Source of the DNA: Candidatus Poribacteria bacterium
Lineage (GTDB): Bacteria > Poribacteria > WGA-4E > WGA-3G
Assembly (NCBI GenBank): GCA_965261125.1
Contig: CBDHCS010000006.1
Coordinates: 461,446-525,445 of the forward strand
Direction: 5' to 3'
Length of the DNA: 64,000 bases
The position numbers and the translations under genes are program-made. Below the pieces are notes generated by a model. That model saw only the letters and a program-made list of their open reading frames with translations, was not told the DNA's origin and did not search any database. Each line of letters opens with the position of its first letter. Positions within the stretch are counted from its first letter, which is position 1. Positions 30,538-40,409 of this stretch are shown piece by piece.

Positions 30538-31338
30538 CTACTGACGCTGCTTGAGTTGCCCCCACGTCGTTGCTAACTTGGCTTGCGGGGAAACGGATAA
30601 CCCCGGTCCCGATATCTTGAATGAATCCACCCATGCATGTCCAACTCGAAGTCCATTCCCAATCACGACAAACCCAAGAATCTCAACAGAAGAAAATTCA
30701 GGGTCTTCAAAATCAGCACGTTTTTCACCATCAGCGAACCACTGAATATGCCCTTTATTGAAACGTAGTTCCATGGACTCCATTTCTTTAGTCTGCCAGA
30801 TAGTATCGGGATTACGAGGTTCCCGCCCAGACGACTTGCCAAATGCCACACCTCCTCCATCCCAGATGTCAAAACGTACGGAATATGATATATGCATTAG
30901 AAACAGATAGAAAAATGGCCAATCTCCAGGGAGATCGGGGAACCGTCTCCCGATCGCGATGCCAAAACTCCCTTGCGTTTTACGTATGTTTTTTAAGATA
31001 ATTGTGAAGTTTTCGTATCCCGGATTTTTTATCTGTCTCTGAATTAATTCTCCACCTTTGATGCCATCAAAATCTTCATAAGCACCACTGGAATCTTTGA
31101 ATTGGAGTAGTTCTATTGTAGGTCTTGCATCCCCGCCGAAATCGGGTGGTGACTGTATCCATTCCTTTAAAAAGCCGTCTTCTACTTTCCATATAGTATA
31201 TTCGCCCCAATGTTCCCAATTTTTCTCTTTCAAAACGTTAAAATTGTCTTGATAACTTTGTGAAAAAGCGGATGGAGAAAAAATATCGGATACAAAAAAT
31301 AACGTAATGCCTGTTAGAATAAGTATGATATGCTTCAT
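30538..31338 (-). CDS. secreted hypothetical protein, paralog family 1 (C-terminal ...KLATTWGQLKQRQ)
   Basis: Signal peptide MKHIILILTGITLFFVS. It carries WKVEDGFL, GFGIAIGRRFPDLP and FEDPEFS..IGFVVI motifs shared with the 33227 paralog. The conserved C-terminal tail is present. Confidence 0.75.
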   Translation of the reverse strand: MKHIILILTGITLFFVSDIFSPSAFSQSYQDNFNVLKEKNWEHWGEYTIWKVEDGFLKEWIQSPPDFGGDARPTIELLQFKDSSGAYEDFDGIKGGELIQRQIKNPGYENFTIILKNIRKTQGSFGIAIGRRFPDLPGDWPFFYLFLMHISYSVRFDIWDGGGVAFGKSSGREPRNPDTIWQTKEMESMELRFNKGHIQWFADGEKRADFEDPEFSSVEILGFVVIGNGLRVGHAWVDSFKISGPGLSVSPQAKLATTWGQLKQRQ

Positions 31339-31422
31339 GTTACAACTTCCTTATCTTATAGTAAAAACCAATTACCTTACAATGGCGAGGTTAGGAAACC
31401 TCGTCAGCGAGTTTGACTCTGG

Positions 31423-32196
31423 TTAGAATCGCTTCAAATCTCCCCAAGTGGTCGTGAGTTGTGTACCTCGTAATTGTACAGCAAGATTACGTTTAGTAAT
31501 TGCTTTATCAGAAATTGAAATACTTGAGATCCTGCTACCAAACCACTGTCCTCCGACGTGACAGGTAATAAGCAATCCCACAATATCAATGTTTTTTAAG
31601 TTCTCATCAATGAATTCAGTTATCAGATCGTCGTTTGTATATACCTGAAAATGGCCAGTATTAAAAACAGCTGTAAGATCACGTGTCGTATTTTGGAATA
31701 TGTTCCCATACCACGCTTTCGTCTTTCCTCTATTAAATTTTCCCTTCTCTGAAATGGTAACTTTACTAATCTCTTCGGGACTAACGATATAGCCCTCCAC
31801 TGTTAAGTCAGGATCATCTTGACGTTTCCCGATAAACAAGCAGAGTTCCCCCATACCATCTTCTCCTTCCTGTGGATAAGTTATCTCTTCACCTACTATT
31901 GTTAACTGTTCAAAGTTAACATTAATGATTTTCCAGTGCAGGAAATCCGCTGTGTTCTCATCACATATTGGAGGGAGTTCACCGGCGTTCCGGATATTGG
32001 CAAAGAGGAAACCCGCAACAGCTTCCCATTTTGCGTTCCGAGGATTTCCCTGCCTAATTCGTTCCCATCCTTTGAGCCCCTCATCATCAAACGAGTCGTT
32101 CCATACCTTAGCGTAACTGTGTCCACTCAAAAGAACACTTAAGAGTAATAAAAATAAAAATCTGTGAATACCTTTTAAAGTTTTGATTCTCATCAA
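31423..32196 (-). CDS. secreted hypothetical protein, paralog family 1 subgroup b (C-terminal ...QLTTTWGDLKRF)
   Basis: Signal peptide MMRIKTLKGIHRFLFLLLLSVLLSGHSYA. The body aligns with the 37998 gene (ADFLHW..., FDTGKFQ/FNTGHFQ, LITEF). The conserved C-terminal tail is present. Confidence 0.75.
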   Translation of the reverse strand: MMRIKTLKGIHRFLFLLLLSVLLSGHSYAKVWNDSFDDEGLKGWERIRQGNPRNAKWEAVAGFLFANIRNAGELPPICDENTADFLHWKIINVNFEQLTIVGEEITYPQEGEDGMGELCLFIGKRQDDPDLTVEGYIVSPEEISKVTISEKGKFNRGKTKAWYGNIFQNTTRDLTAVFNTGHFQVYTNDDLITEFIDENLKNIDIVGLLITCHVGGQWFGSRISSISISDKAITKRNLAVQLRGTQLTTTWGDLKRF

Positions 32197-33275
32197 AGTT
32201 TACCTCTCTTTTGGCGGGGATGTTCACTTTTTGCGGTGCGAATCAACCCGTAGGCCGGAATAGTAATCGGTAACGATTCTGCTGTAGTTAGTACTTTGAT
32301 TTCTTCGCGCAGCAGTTCAGGCGAGTTTTCCACTTGCCAAAAAACCTTGAACCGTTTTTCTTGTTGTGACTGCGCGTTGTAGGCGTGCAAGGATTGTGTC
32401 CAATCGTCTGGTGCAGTAACCCGCAAATAGTCAGGTACCTGAATACTGAGTACCTTGAAATTCTTTTTCGCAGAAAGTGTGAACTCGGCAGATGGGTTTG
32501 CGTCTTTGTCTACTGCACCGTAGGAAAGGGTTTTCGGTTGCACCGTCACGGGGCGCACGATTCTCGCAGTAATAGGCAACGACAAGGTTCGCTCATTTGG
32601 AAAAGATACGGTAAGCATAGCAGATAAAAGTTTTTCAGCAGTGTCCGGTTCTAATTTTTTCGGAGCCCGTAACTGAATTGTAATGAGGTAGCATCCCGAA
32701 TTCGGATCTGGAGACATTTTCCAAGTCAGGTTTGGATGCGCTGATGGTATGAGTCGGACTTCCTCTAAATTGAGTGGCGCGTTTACACACAGTTTAATTT
32801 TCTTTTTATGTGTCGTTTCAGATAGTACCTGTCCGAAATCGCATATATCAGCACTCAGCGTTGCGAACCGTTTTGCGGTAGCAACAATTGTTAGATAAAC
32901 TTGTGGGGTTCTTGGGCTATCTGTGAAAAGGATCGCTGTTGCCGCTTTTGCATCAGTTGGAACAATTTTGGGGTTAAGCACAACCTCAAACGTTCCTTCC
33001 TCGTTGGGCTGAAGCAGTTTTGGTCCGGTAATTTTTGCATAGCTACACCCTGCTCGAATTCTTTCTATTCGCAGTGGACTTCTTCCCGCATTTTTCGCTG
33101 TCACTGAACGTGTTACGGTCCCCTCCCATTCAGGGATTGTCCCGAAGTTGACTTTATCTTGCGTAAAAACTAATTCTCCAGGGAACTCCTGCTGGTTATT
33201 AACGATCACAATAACCACTACCGAAATCAACAGAACCGGAATGATGATTGTTGTAATAATGGAACGTTTTGACAT
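32193..33275 (-). CDS. membrane-anchored DUF1573-like (ASPM/SPD2/Hydin-type beta-sandwich) protein
   Basis: N-terminal TM helix IITTIIIPVLLISVVVIVIV. The motif FGTIPEWEGTVTRSVTAKNAGRSPLRIERIRAGCSYAKI fits the DUF1573 pattern (G..L.I..v...C). Confidence 0.5.
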   Translation of the reverse strand: MSKRSIITTIIIPVLLISVVVIVIVNNQQEFPGELVFTQDKVNFGTIPEWEGTVTRSVTAKNAGRSPLRIERIRAGCSYAKITGPKLLQPNEEGTFEVVLNPKIVPTDAKAATAILFTDSPRTPQVYLTIVATAKRFATLSADICDFGQVLSETTHKKKIKLCVNAPLNLEEVRLIPSAHPNLTWKMSPDPNSGCYLITIQLRAPKKLEPDTAEKLLSAMLTVSFPNERTLSLPITARIVRPVTVQPKTLSYGAVDKDANPSAEFTLSAKKNFKVLSIQVPDYLRVTAPDDWTQSLHAYNAQSQQEKRFKVFWQVENSPELLREEIKVLTTAESLPITIPAYGLIRTAKSEHPRQKRGKL

Positions 33276-34048
33276 AATGTTACTTCGTGCCTTTTATTTG
33301 TCCCCATGTAGTTGTTACTTTGGCTTGTGGCGAAACGGCAAGTCCTGGACCCCGCGATCGTAAACGAATCTACCCATCCACTCCCAACATGGACTCCATC
33401 TGATATTACCATAAACCCGATGATCTCAATAGGTGAAAACTCGGGGTCTTCAAAATCAGCGCGTTTTTCATTATTCGCAAACCACTGAAAATGCCCCCTA
33501 TTAAAACGAATTTCCATGGATACTAGCTCTCCTGTGTCCCAGAAGGTGTCAGGATGACGCGGATCCTCCTCGCCCCACACATTCGGCACAGACCACTTGT
33601 AAGCTTGTGTCTGTATGCCATAGGTAAAAAAAATATAGAAATACGACAGATCGGGCAAGTCGGGAAACCTCCGTCCAATGGCGACACCAAAACCCGCAGT
33701 ACGTTTTGAACCCATATTTTTAACAGTAATTGTGAAGGACTCATGCCCCGGTTTTTTTTTCTGTCTCTGAATAAAGCGGTTATCAGCGAAAAATTCGAAG
33801 TTCTCGTAGTTGCCTGGAATTCCCTTAAATTGGAACAATGCAGCATTAAAGTCATTCGGTTGTATTGCTGCCCTTAAAAAACCATCTTCAACTTGCCAAA
33901 CAGAATTGTTCCCCCAAAGTTCCCAGTCATCTTCTTTCAAATCATCACCAAAATCGTATTGAAAACTGTCGGCAGATGCGGATAGAGACAAAACACTCAA
34001 CACAACGATTAACGCAGGACTTATCCAAGTTTTTGCGATCTGTTTCAT
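33227..34048 (-). pseudogene. secreted paralog family 1 member with C-terminal frameshift (conserved tail displaced to +1 frame)
   Basis: In frame, the body ends ...WVDSFTIAGSRTCRFATSQ.... A 1-nt shift near gcggggtcc (about 33290) instead gives ...GPGLAVSPQAKVTTTWGQIKGTK*, matching the family tail. The start MKQIAKTWISPALIVVLSVLSLSASA is at 34048. Confidence 0.6.
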
Positions 34049-34143
34049 GAAACACCTCCTTACTTTTACGTCATTGGTAAAAATGCAATGGTAAAAGATA
34101 TAAACCCTCTTCCCATTGCTTGAAAAGGTTGAAACTTTCAATT

Positions 34144-34870
34144 CTAATTCAACTCTATGCAATCGAACCAAGTTCCTTCAAATGATCCTTGTAATACTTC
34201 CCGACTTAGTATTCCCTCATGAAATTCAGGATCCCCAAAATCACCATCCACTTCTTTTGCGAATTTTAGGGATAATTGGGTACGATTAGGTCTATAAACC
34301 CAGGTACCTGTTTTGTAGTACATCGGACAGATATATCTCGTGCCATCATCTTCGGTATGCTTTCTATACCCTGTCACATCGGCTGAGCCTGTTACTATGA
34401 GGGAACCCTCGTCACTTTCATGTATTTCGTATCCTGCCCAAGGATATCCAACATCAGTACCAACACCATCACTAATATAATCCCATTTAATATCGCGGTT
34501 GAGAGAAATGTTGGAGTAAGTGGTTCCCCATGGAGGGGCATCATGGTTTGTGCTAAAAAGCCAAACTTGATATCGATTCCAAATGACAGTACTTGGCTTT
34601 GATGATACTAAAATATAAGCACACTCATTTGTGAATATGATTTCAAAACCTTGGTTCCAGTCTCCACCGTTTAAAGTGGTGTTATTGATTTCTGGTCCGA
34701 AGAACTTACCATCCTTACCGGGATCTCTGTAATAATCACCAGATTCTTCTGGATAAGCGGTTTCTAAACCAGGAGTTATTGCAGAATCTTAAAGAAAAAG
34801 TGAAAAAACCGATTGACAAAACCGCAACAGGAAGTAAAGCGGTCAGGATTAAATCTAATGGTTTGCGTTG
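34144..34870 (-). pseudogene. paralog family 2 member, frameshifted between signal peptide and mature domain
   Basis: Frame A reads MRKQRKPLDLILTALLPVAVLSIGFFTFSL... then a stop. Frame B continues ...ESGDYYRDPGKDGKFFGPEINN...YICPMYYKTGTWVY...WFDCIELN*, homologous to the 26588 gene. The shift lies in a T-rich tract (ttttttcactttttc). Confidence 0.6.
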
Positions 34871-35006
34871 TTTACGCATTGTTTTATCCTCCTAAATAAT
34901 TTGGTATAGTTTCTAAAGGATTCAGAAACTGACATATATTTTGTATTAAATCGCTTTTTTTGTCAAGCAAAATTTCGTGTTTTTTTGTAATAAATATTAG
35001 TTGCAA

Positions 35007-37881
35007 TTATTCTAATATAGACTTACCTCGTTCCCAGGAGTCTTTCAACTTCTTTTCATTGCTTGAAAAATCGTGCTCCCGATATTTTGGATCGGGTTGG
35101 GTTGCATCGGGATAATCAATTTTCCAGAGTCGGAAGCCTTCAGATTCACATCGCAATTCAGAATTAGTGTCATATATCAATGAAAAACCTGGGATTTCCT
35201 CTAAAAAGAGATATAACCTCACTGTGAGTAAACGTGCAGCCTTTGCTGAAAGATAGAATGCTTGCGATTTTCCTTCTGCTTCGTTCCGATAAACAACCAC
35301 AGAACCGGGAACTCCTTTTTTCTCATGACTGATGTGTGATGTGCCAACCCGAAATTCTGAGGGTGGTAGCGAAAATTTTCCATCTTTGGTTACACCATGA
35401 ACTTTTGATGTCCAAGTATCACTGTCGGATGTAATTGAGACACCTTGCAGCATCCATTCCCCAGGTGGATAGTTCTTTCCATTTAACGAAAGCGTATCCA
35501 TGGGGCGAGGGTTGTGTGGAATCATGTCTGTTTGTTGAACTGAAGGTGACACTTGTTGACTTTGAACTGGCATTAGAAAATGAACAGAGGCAACACGGTC
35601 AAACGTCTCATCAGATCCTATATACGTAATACCGTCAAGTTTAAGGAGTTCGTTTGTCGTTATCAATAGATGCGTAACGTTGTGTGTTTTTAAAAATGTA
35701 AGAACTTCGGTAGAAGATGGATCACTAAAAACATGACGTGCAAACATAAATATCCAATATGGAATATAGTGGTCTGAATCAATAACGGTTGCTCGGTTAG
35801 CAAACCAGTGTATCTTACTTCCGTAATCCCACCATGCGGCTATAACTGCGTTTTCATCTGTATGTTTTGCAATATTGTTAAGTTGTGTGTTAAACTTCAA
35901 TGATGCAGGAACTACTGTATCACGGACCGTCTCGGTACTTGAACGAACAAATCCTTTGTGCAGCGGGAAGGGAGCAGGATTAAAAACGCCACCTACGAAA
36001 AAAACATCTGAACTTGTGAAAAGGATGAGAATACACACAGTCGCGAGGCAGCCAAACCTCTGGAAATGGGATATCTTAAGTCGTGCCAACTTGTACAGCA
36101 GCAAAATCCCGAAAAGTGTACACGGGACCGTCAAGCCAAGAAAAATCCACCCTATGAAACTACCTGCAGTAGATAGACAATATCCGATATATAGTTCAGA
36201 AGCTACGATAAGACTTATTACGCACAATTCTGTTGGCACGGTTCCGAATACAGGCCCTTGTGCTTCAGTCTGCTCATAAGAATCACTCTCAATCCGCTCC
36301 TTCATACATCTGCGCAGGACCTTAAAAATTAGCAAACTCACCAATACGGAAAACACGGGATCAATAAAAAAGAGATAACGCACTGCGCCACGGCTGCTGG
36401 CGAGTCCAACAAAGATCTATATTAACACCAATAAGGACTTATTATTGCCATGGTGGTCTCCTTTTCGAAGGATATATGCTACGCCTATTGTAATCCCGCC
36501 CACCAAAAAGGAAAGTCCAAAGATACTAAAAGAGACATCTGAGTTTGTAAGGAAAAGAGAAAGGAGAGTACCACAAAGCGCGATTTCAAAACCGACAAGA
36601 GTTAACCAAAAAATGACGCGCTCTTTTGAGAAGAAATTGTAAACTAATACACCACAACCTGCCATTGCTGCCAAACCTACAACTGAATAGTTACCGAGAA
36701 ATTGGATGCCGTTTAAGTTCTCAAGTTCTGAAACAGTACGCATAAGCCGATTCTGGCCTAATGGTGAGACAAAATTGTCAAACAGTCGACGTATTGTTTC
36801 CTCAATATCAGGTGATTGTAACAGAGTTAGGCCCGCCAACAGGAACGTGGTGATAACACAACCGAGAAGGCATCTATGGATGTTGCTGTAACTTGAGAAT
36901 TCCAGCAAACGTTTCCATAATGAAACGGGTTTTTCTGCTTTGGTAGTTTTTGAATTATCCTTTCCAAAAAATGTGAGGTTACAGAAAAGGGTAATAGTTG
37001 GAATGACAATTGCCAAAAAAACATAAGGTGCCCAGATATTATGGTAGGTACGCGTAAATGTGAAAGCAAGGACGGTGAAGCAGAGATACCAGGTAACGTA
37101 AAGTGATGCACTTTGACGAGAAAAACGTCCTCGCAGTACACGGACAATGATCCAGATAGAAAGTATAACTATCGCGAGGCCTACCCCTTCCCAAGAAAGT
37201 GCGATCAATCCTCCAGCAATTCCTGATACAGCTGCATAAAAGTAACTTATCGGTTTGCCAACTGATGTTTTAGAGGTGGTAACAGAAGATGACTTTGGTT
37301 TTGGCAGAGCAGATTCTGCTTTCAGATAAAACAGAAACATAACCAACCACAACAATAGGACGAAAGCATCTCTGTCGGCAAAACCGGCGGCGGAACGATG
37401 CAGATTCAAGGAAGGGAAAATTGCAGTAAAATTGACAGCAAGGAGTGCAATGGATGTATCAAAAACATGCCGCCAAAGAACGTAAAGTATTAACAGACAT
37501 AGCACGTAACACAATAGGTGCATACGCCGCGACCGCGTAGAGGCTAATGTTTGGAAAAACCGAATGCAGAAAGTGATATGTGTAGGCAAGGACATAAGAA
37601 AAGAGATTAAGAGAAGTTGATAAATCTCTCCCTTCCAATTGCCATCGCTGCGCGTCTAAATCTGGCAAACGTCCTTGGGAAACAATCAGATCGGCTTGGC
37701 GAAGAAAACGATAGGAATCTGTGCCGAGTAGATATGTTTCTTCCAAGCGCGGCAGATTCGCTGTTCGGACAAATACACAGAGAAGTAGCAAACTGCTTAA
37801 TAGGCATAAAAGCACAGCAGACAAGACTGACTGTTTTATCCACCGTTGACAGAACATCCACATGTTCGCAAGACACTTCAA
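35007..37881 (-). pseudogene. STT3/AglB/PglB-type oligosaccharyltransferase homolog, split into three ORFs (one frameshift, one in-frame TAG)
   Basis: ORF 37459..37881 has the N-terminal TM plus GTDSYRFLR (DxD-type loop). ORF 36417..37595 is polytopic membrane core. ORF 35007..36383 has AAWWDYGSKIHWFANRATVIDSD (the WWDYG catalytic motif followed by the ANRxT pattern of STT3). ORFs 2 and 3 are in the same frame, separated only by a TAG followed by IFVGLASSRGA. ORFs 1 and 2 overlap in different frames. Confidence 0.65.
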
Positions 37882-37997
37882 TGATTCACACCTCTAACAT
37901 TTTATGAAGCGGTAGGTTGTATTTAAAATATATCTTCGGTCAATACCTGTTTAATTTGAAAGGAACGTATAAGAAATTTCGTGTGTTTTAGCTTTAT

Positions 37998-38890
37998 TTA
38001 GGGACGTTTTAACTTTCCCCAAGTTGTAGTTAACTGCCTTTCTCGTAACTGCACTTCTCGTAACTGCCTATCAAGAATATAGTATTGAGGGATACCACTG
38101 CCCGAAATAGAAAAAGTTGATATACTACCAGAAAAAAAACCACCTGGGGGTTCAAACACAGCCATCAAACCTACGGCATCGATCTTATTGATATCCTCAT
38201 CAAAAAATTCAGTTATTAGAAGGTCTTGTGTCCAAAGTTGAAACTTTCCAGTATCAAAAACCACCCTTATATTATCTGAAGTCAATCGGAACATGAGTTC
38301 ATAATCTGCTTTGACTTCGCCTCTTTTGAAGACACCCTTGGCGGAACATCGCATTTCTGTTGTCTTTTCGGGACTGAACATATAACCTTCTGCAAAGTCA
38401 GGGTCGGGGAGTCGTTTGCCAAGGAATAAGCCAAGTTCACCAGATTCATCATGGTGGCGAGCGGGGTGTTGGTGATAGATTATTTTTTCACCCATGACCA
38501 CTAACTTCTCAAGTTGAAATTGATGGGCATTCCAGTGTAGAAAATCCGCTGCTGTCACATGTTCTGCTTGTGGTTTCACAACATCAACACCGAGCCATCC
38601 AAAATCAGCATCAGGCCTTGTATCATCTTCGAATTGTCTCCATTCTACATGATAAGGCAACCATTCTACAATACGTTTCCACCCGTTGAATCCCTTTATA
38701 TCAAACTTTCTGACTAGCTCTCCGTCAAACTCATCCCTCCATGTATCGGCATGACTGGGTACAATTAGTGTAAGTACTCAAAAGTATTGCACAAGAAACG
38801 ATAAAAATTATATACTTTCTTATGCACGAATAAGGATTAGAAAATCTATAAGAACTAAAAATAAAACTTCTATTTCTCATAGAGCACCTC
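37998..38890 (-). pseudogene. secreted paralog family 1 subgroup b member (C-terminal ...QLTTTWGKLKRP), N-terminal frameshift
   Basis: Intact ORF 37998..38660. Upstream, a signal peptide (MRNRSF...IIFIVSCAILLS) sits in one frame and SHADTWRDEFDGELVRKFDIKGFNGWKRIVEW in another. The latter matches KVWNDSFDDEGLKGWERI of the 31423 gene. Confidence 0.55.
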
Positions 38891-38919
38891 GCTCTTTGGA
38901 AATCTCTATCAATTATAGT

Positions 38920-39068
38920 AGAATCGACAATTAAGTGGACACACGAAAAGCCTATCCCCCTTTATTCCGACCCCCCAACCCCCCGCAAGCGAGGGGCTAA
39001 GAGTAGCAAGCGAGGGGAGATCAGACAGATGCAAAAGTGTCCAACTAATTATGGGTTTTACTATAAAC
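38920..39068. repeat. IS630-derived MITE (about 30-bp TIRs related to the IS630 TIR) carrying a C-family G/C hairpin
   Basis: Left caattatagtagaatcgacaattaagtggacac; reverse complement of right gtttatagtaaaacccataattagttggacac (about 80% identical). The interior has ccccccgcaagcgagggg. Confidence 0.55.
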
Positions 39069-39433
39069 AACAAGTCACCAACAGACATAGAGTTAATTGG
39101 TTAAATTTAATATATTGCCTTAGCAAAAGTATGTTTAAACCGTGTTGCAGCTAAGTAAGTGGAGTAATAGAAGTAATGGGAAATGATAGAACTACTTTTC
39201 CCATTACTTATTACAGTACGGAATTAGTCGTTTTGGACTTGGCAAAATGATTAAAAAAGTGTAATAAACCTTTTTGTAGTCTATGTTTATATGGTATAAT
39301 ATAGATAAGAAATTAGGGGGTTGTCACCCCCTAATTAAACCTAAAAAAGCGAGTTGCTTTTTGACGGTTCAACCTTATCTGATATTGTATCAGAAATCCG
39401 TCAGAAAAGCAACTCTGATTAAGGAGTATTCTG

Positions 39434-40315
39434 ATGGATTTGATTATGATTATGGAGATGTTTCCTGATCAAGCGGCGTGTATCGCATATTTAGAGCAGC
39501 TGCGGTGGCAGGGATCCCCTGAATGTCCCCATTGTGAGTCTACTCATATCAACAAGCGCAATGAAACGGCTACAGGGCGTATCGGGCGTTGGAATTGCCA
39601 CGATTGTCATAGCACTTTCAAGGTTACGTCTGGCACAATGTTTGTTGGAACGCAGATCGCACTTCAGAAATGGTTTCTGGCGATCGCGTTGATGGCAAAC
39701 GCAAAGAAAAGTCTCTCAAGTTGTCAACTTGCACGCGATTTAGGATTGAAACAAAGAACAGCCTGGCGAATAATGATGTGTATACGTGCTGAAATGGGTA
39801 AGGATAACGTGTTGCTACAAGGTATCGTTGAAGCCGATGAAACCTATATCGGTGGCAGCAGTAGAAAAGATTACGACAAAGAGGAAGGTGAACCCCGTAA
39901 GCGTGGGCGTGGCACTGCGAAAGATGCCGTTATGGGTGCTGTAGCACGTGGCGGGAAAGTCGTAGCAGAACTTGTTTCGGATATTGCTGGGGAGACAATC
40001 GCTGACTTCATTATGAGGGTTGTCAACACCGAAGACGCTAAACTGTATACCGACCAGTTCAAAGGATACACCGAAATCGGTAAAGAGATGGAACATCAAA
40101 CAATCAACCGGAGTGAACAGTGGGTAGCTGATGGGATACATACCCATACGATGGAAGGGTTCTGGTCTTTCGTTAAACGTGCAGGGTATGGCTCACATCA
40201 TCATTATTCAACAGGTTACACACCACTGTATCTCGCAGAGGCGTGCTACAAATACAACTACAGAGGAACGAACATCTTTGCCAAGTTTCTCACAGAGAGT
40301 ATGGAGTCCGGGTAA
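39434..40315 (+). mobile_element. IS1595-family (ISXO2-like) transposase gene
   Basis: N-terminal zinc ribbon CPHCES...CHDCH. The DDE core VEADETYIGG is characteristic of IS1595 transposases. Upstream, a long hairpin (39349-39420) overlaps the RBS, and there is a 9-bp perfect palindrome attagggggttgtcaccccctaat. Confidence 0.75.
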
Positions 40316-40409
40316 ATTGAAAATTTCTCAAGTCCAAAACGACTTATTCCGAAAAAAAAATGAAGAAAATATAATTCTGATGCAACTAATTTAGTAACAT
40401 CTCCGCAAG

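Noticed and set aside
36384-36419. Programmed stop-codon read-through or reassigned TAG in the OST gene
   Set aside because: TAG is used as an ordinary terminator by other genes in the window (e.g. tnpB, the 2977-5244 gene). A second frameshift disruption in the same gene makes simple inactivation more parsimonious.
39283-39468. 61-aa plus-strand ORF upstream of the IS1595 transposase
   Set aside because: It spans a hairpin-rich non-coding leader and overlaps the transposase start, with no protein-like composition.
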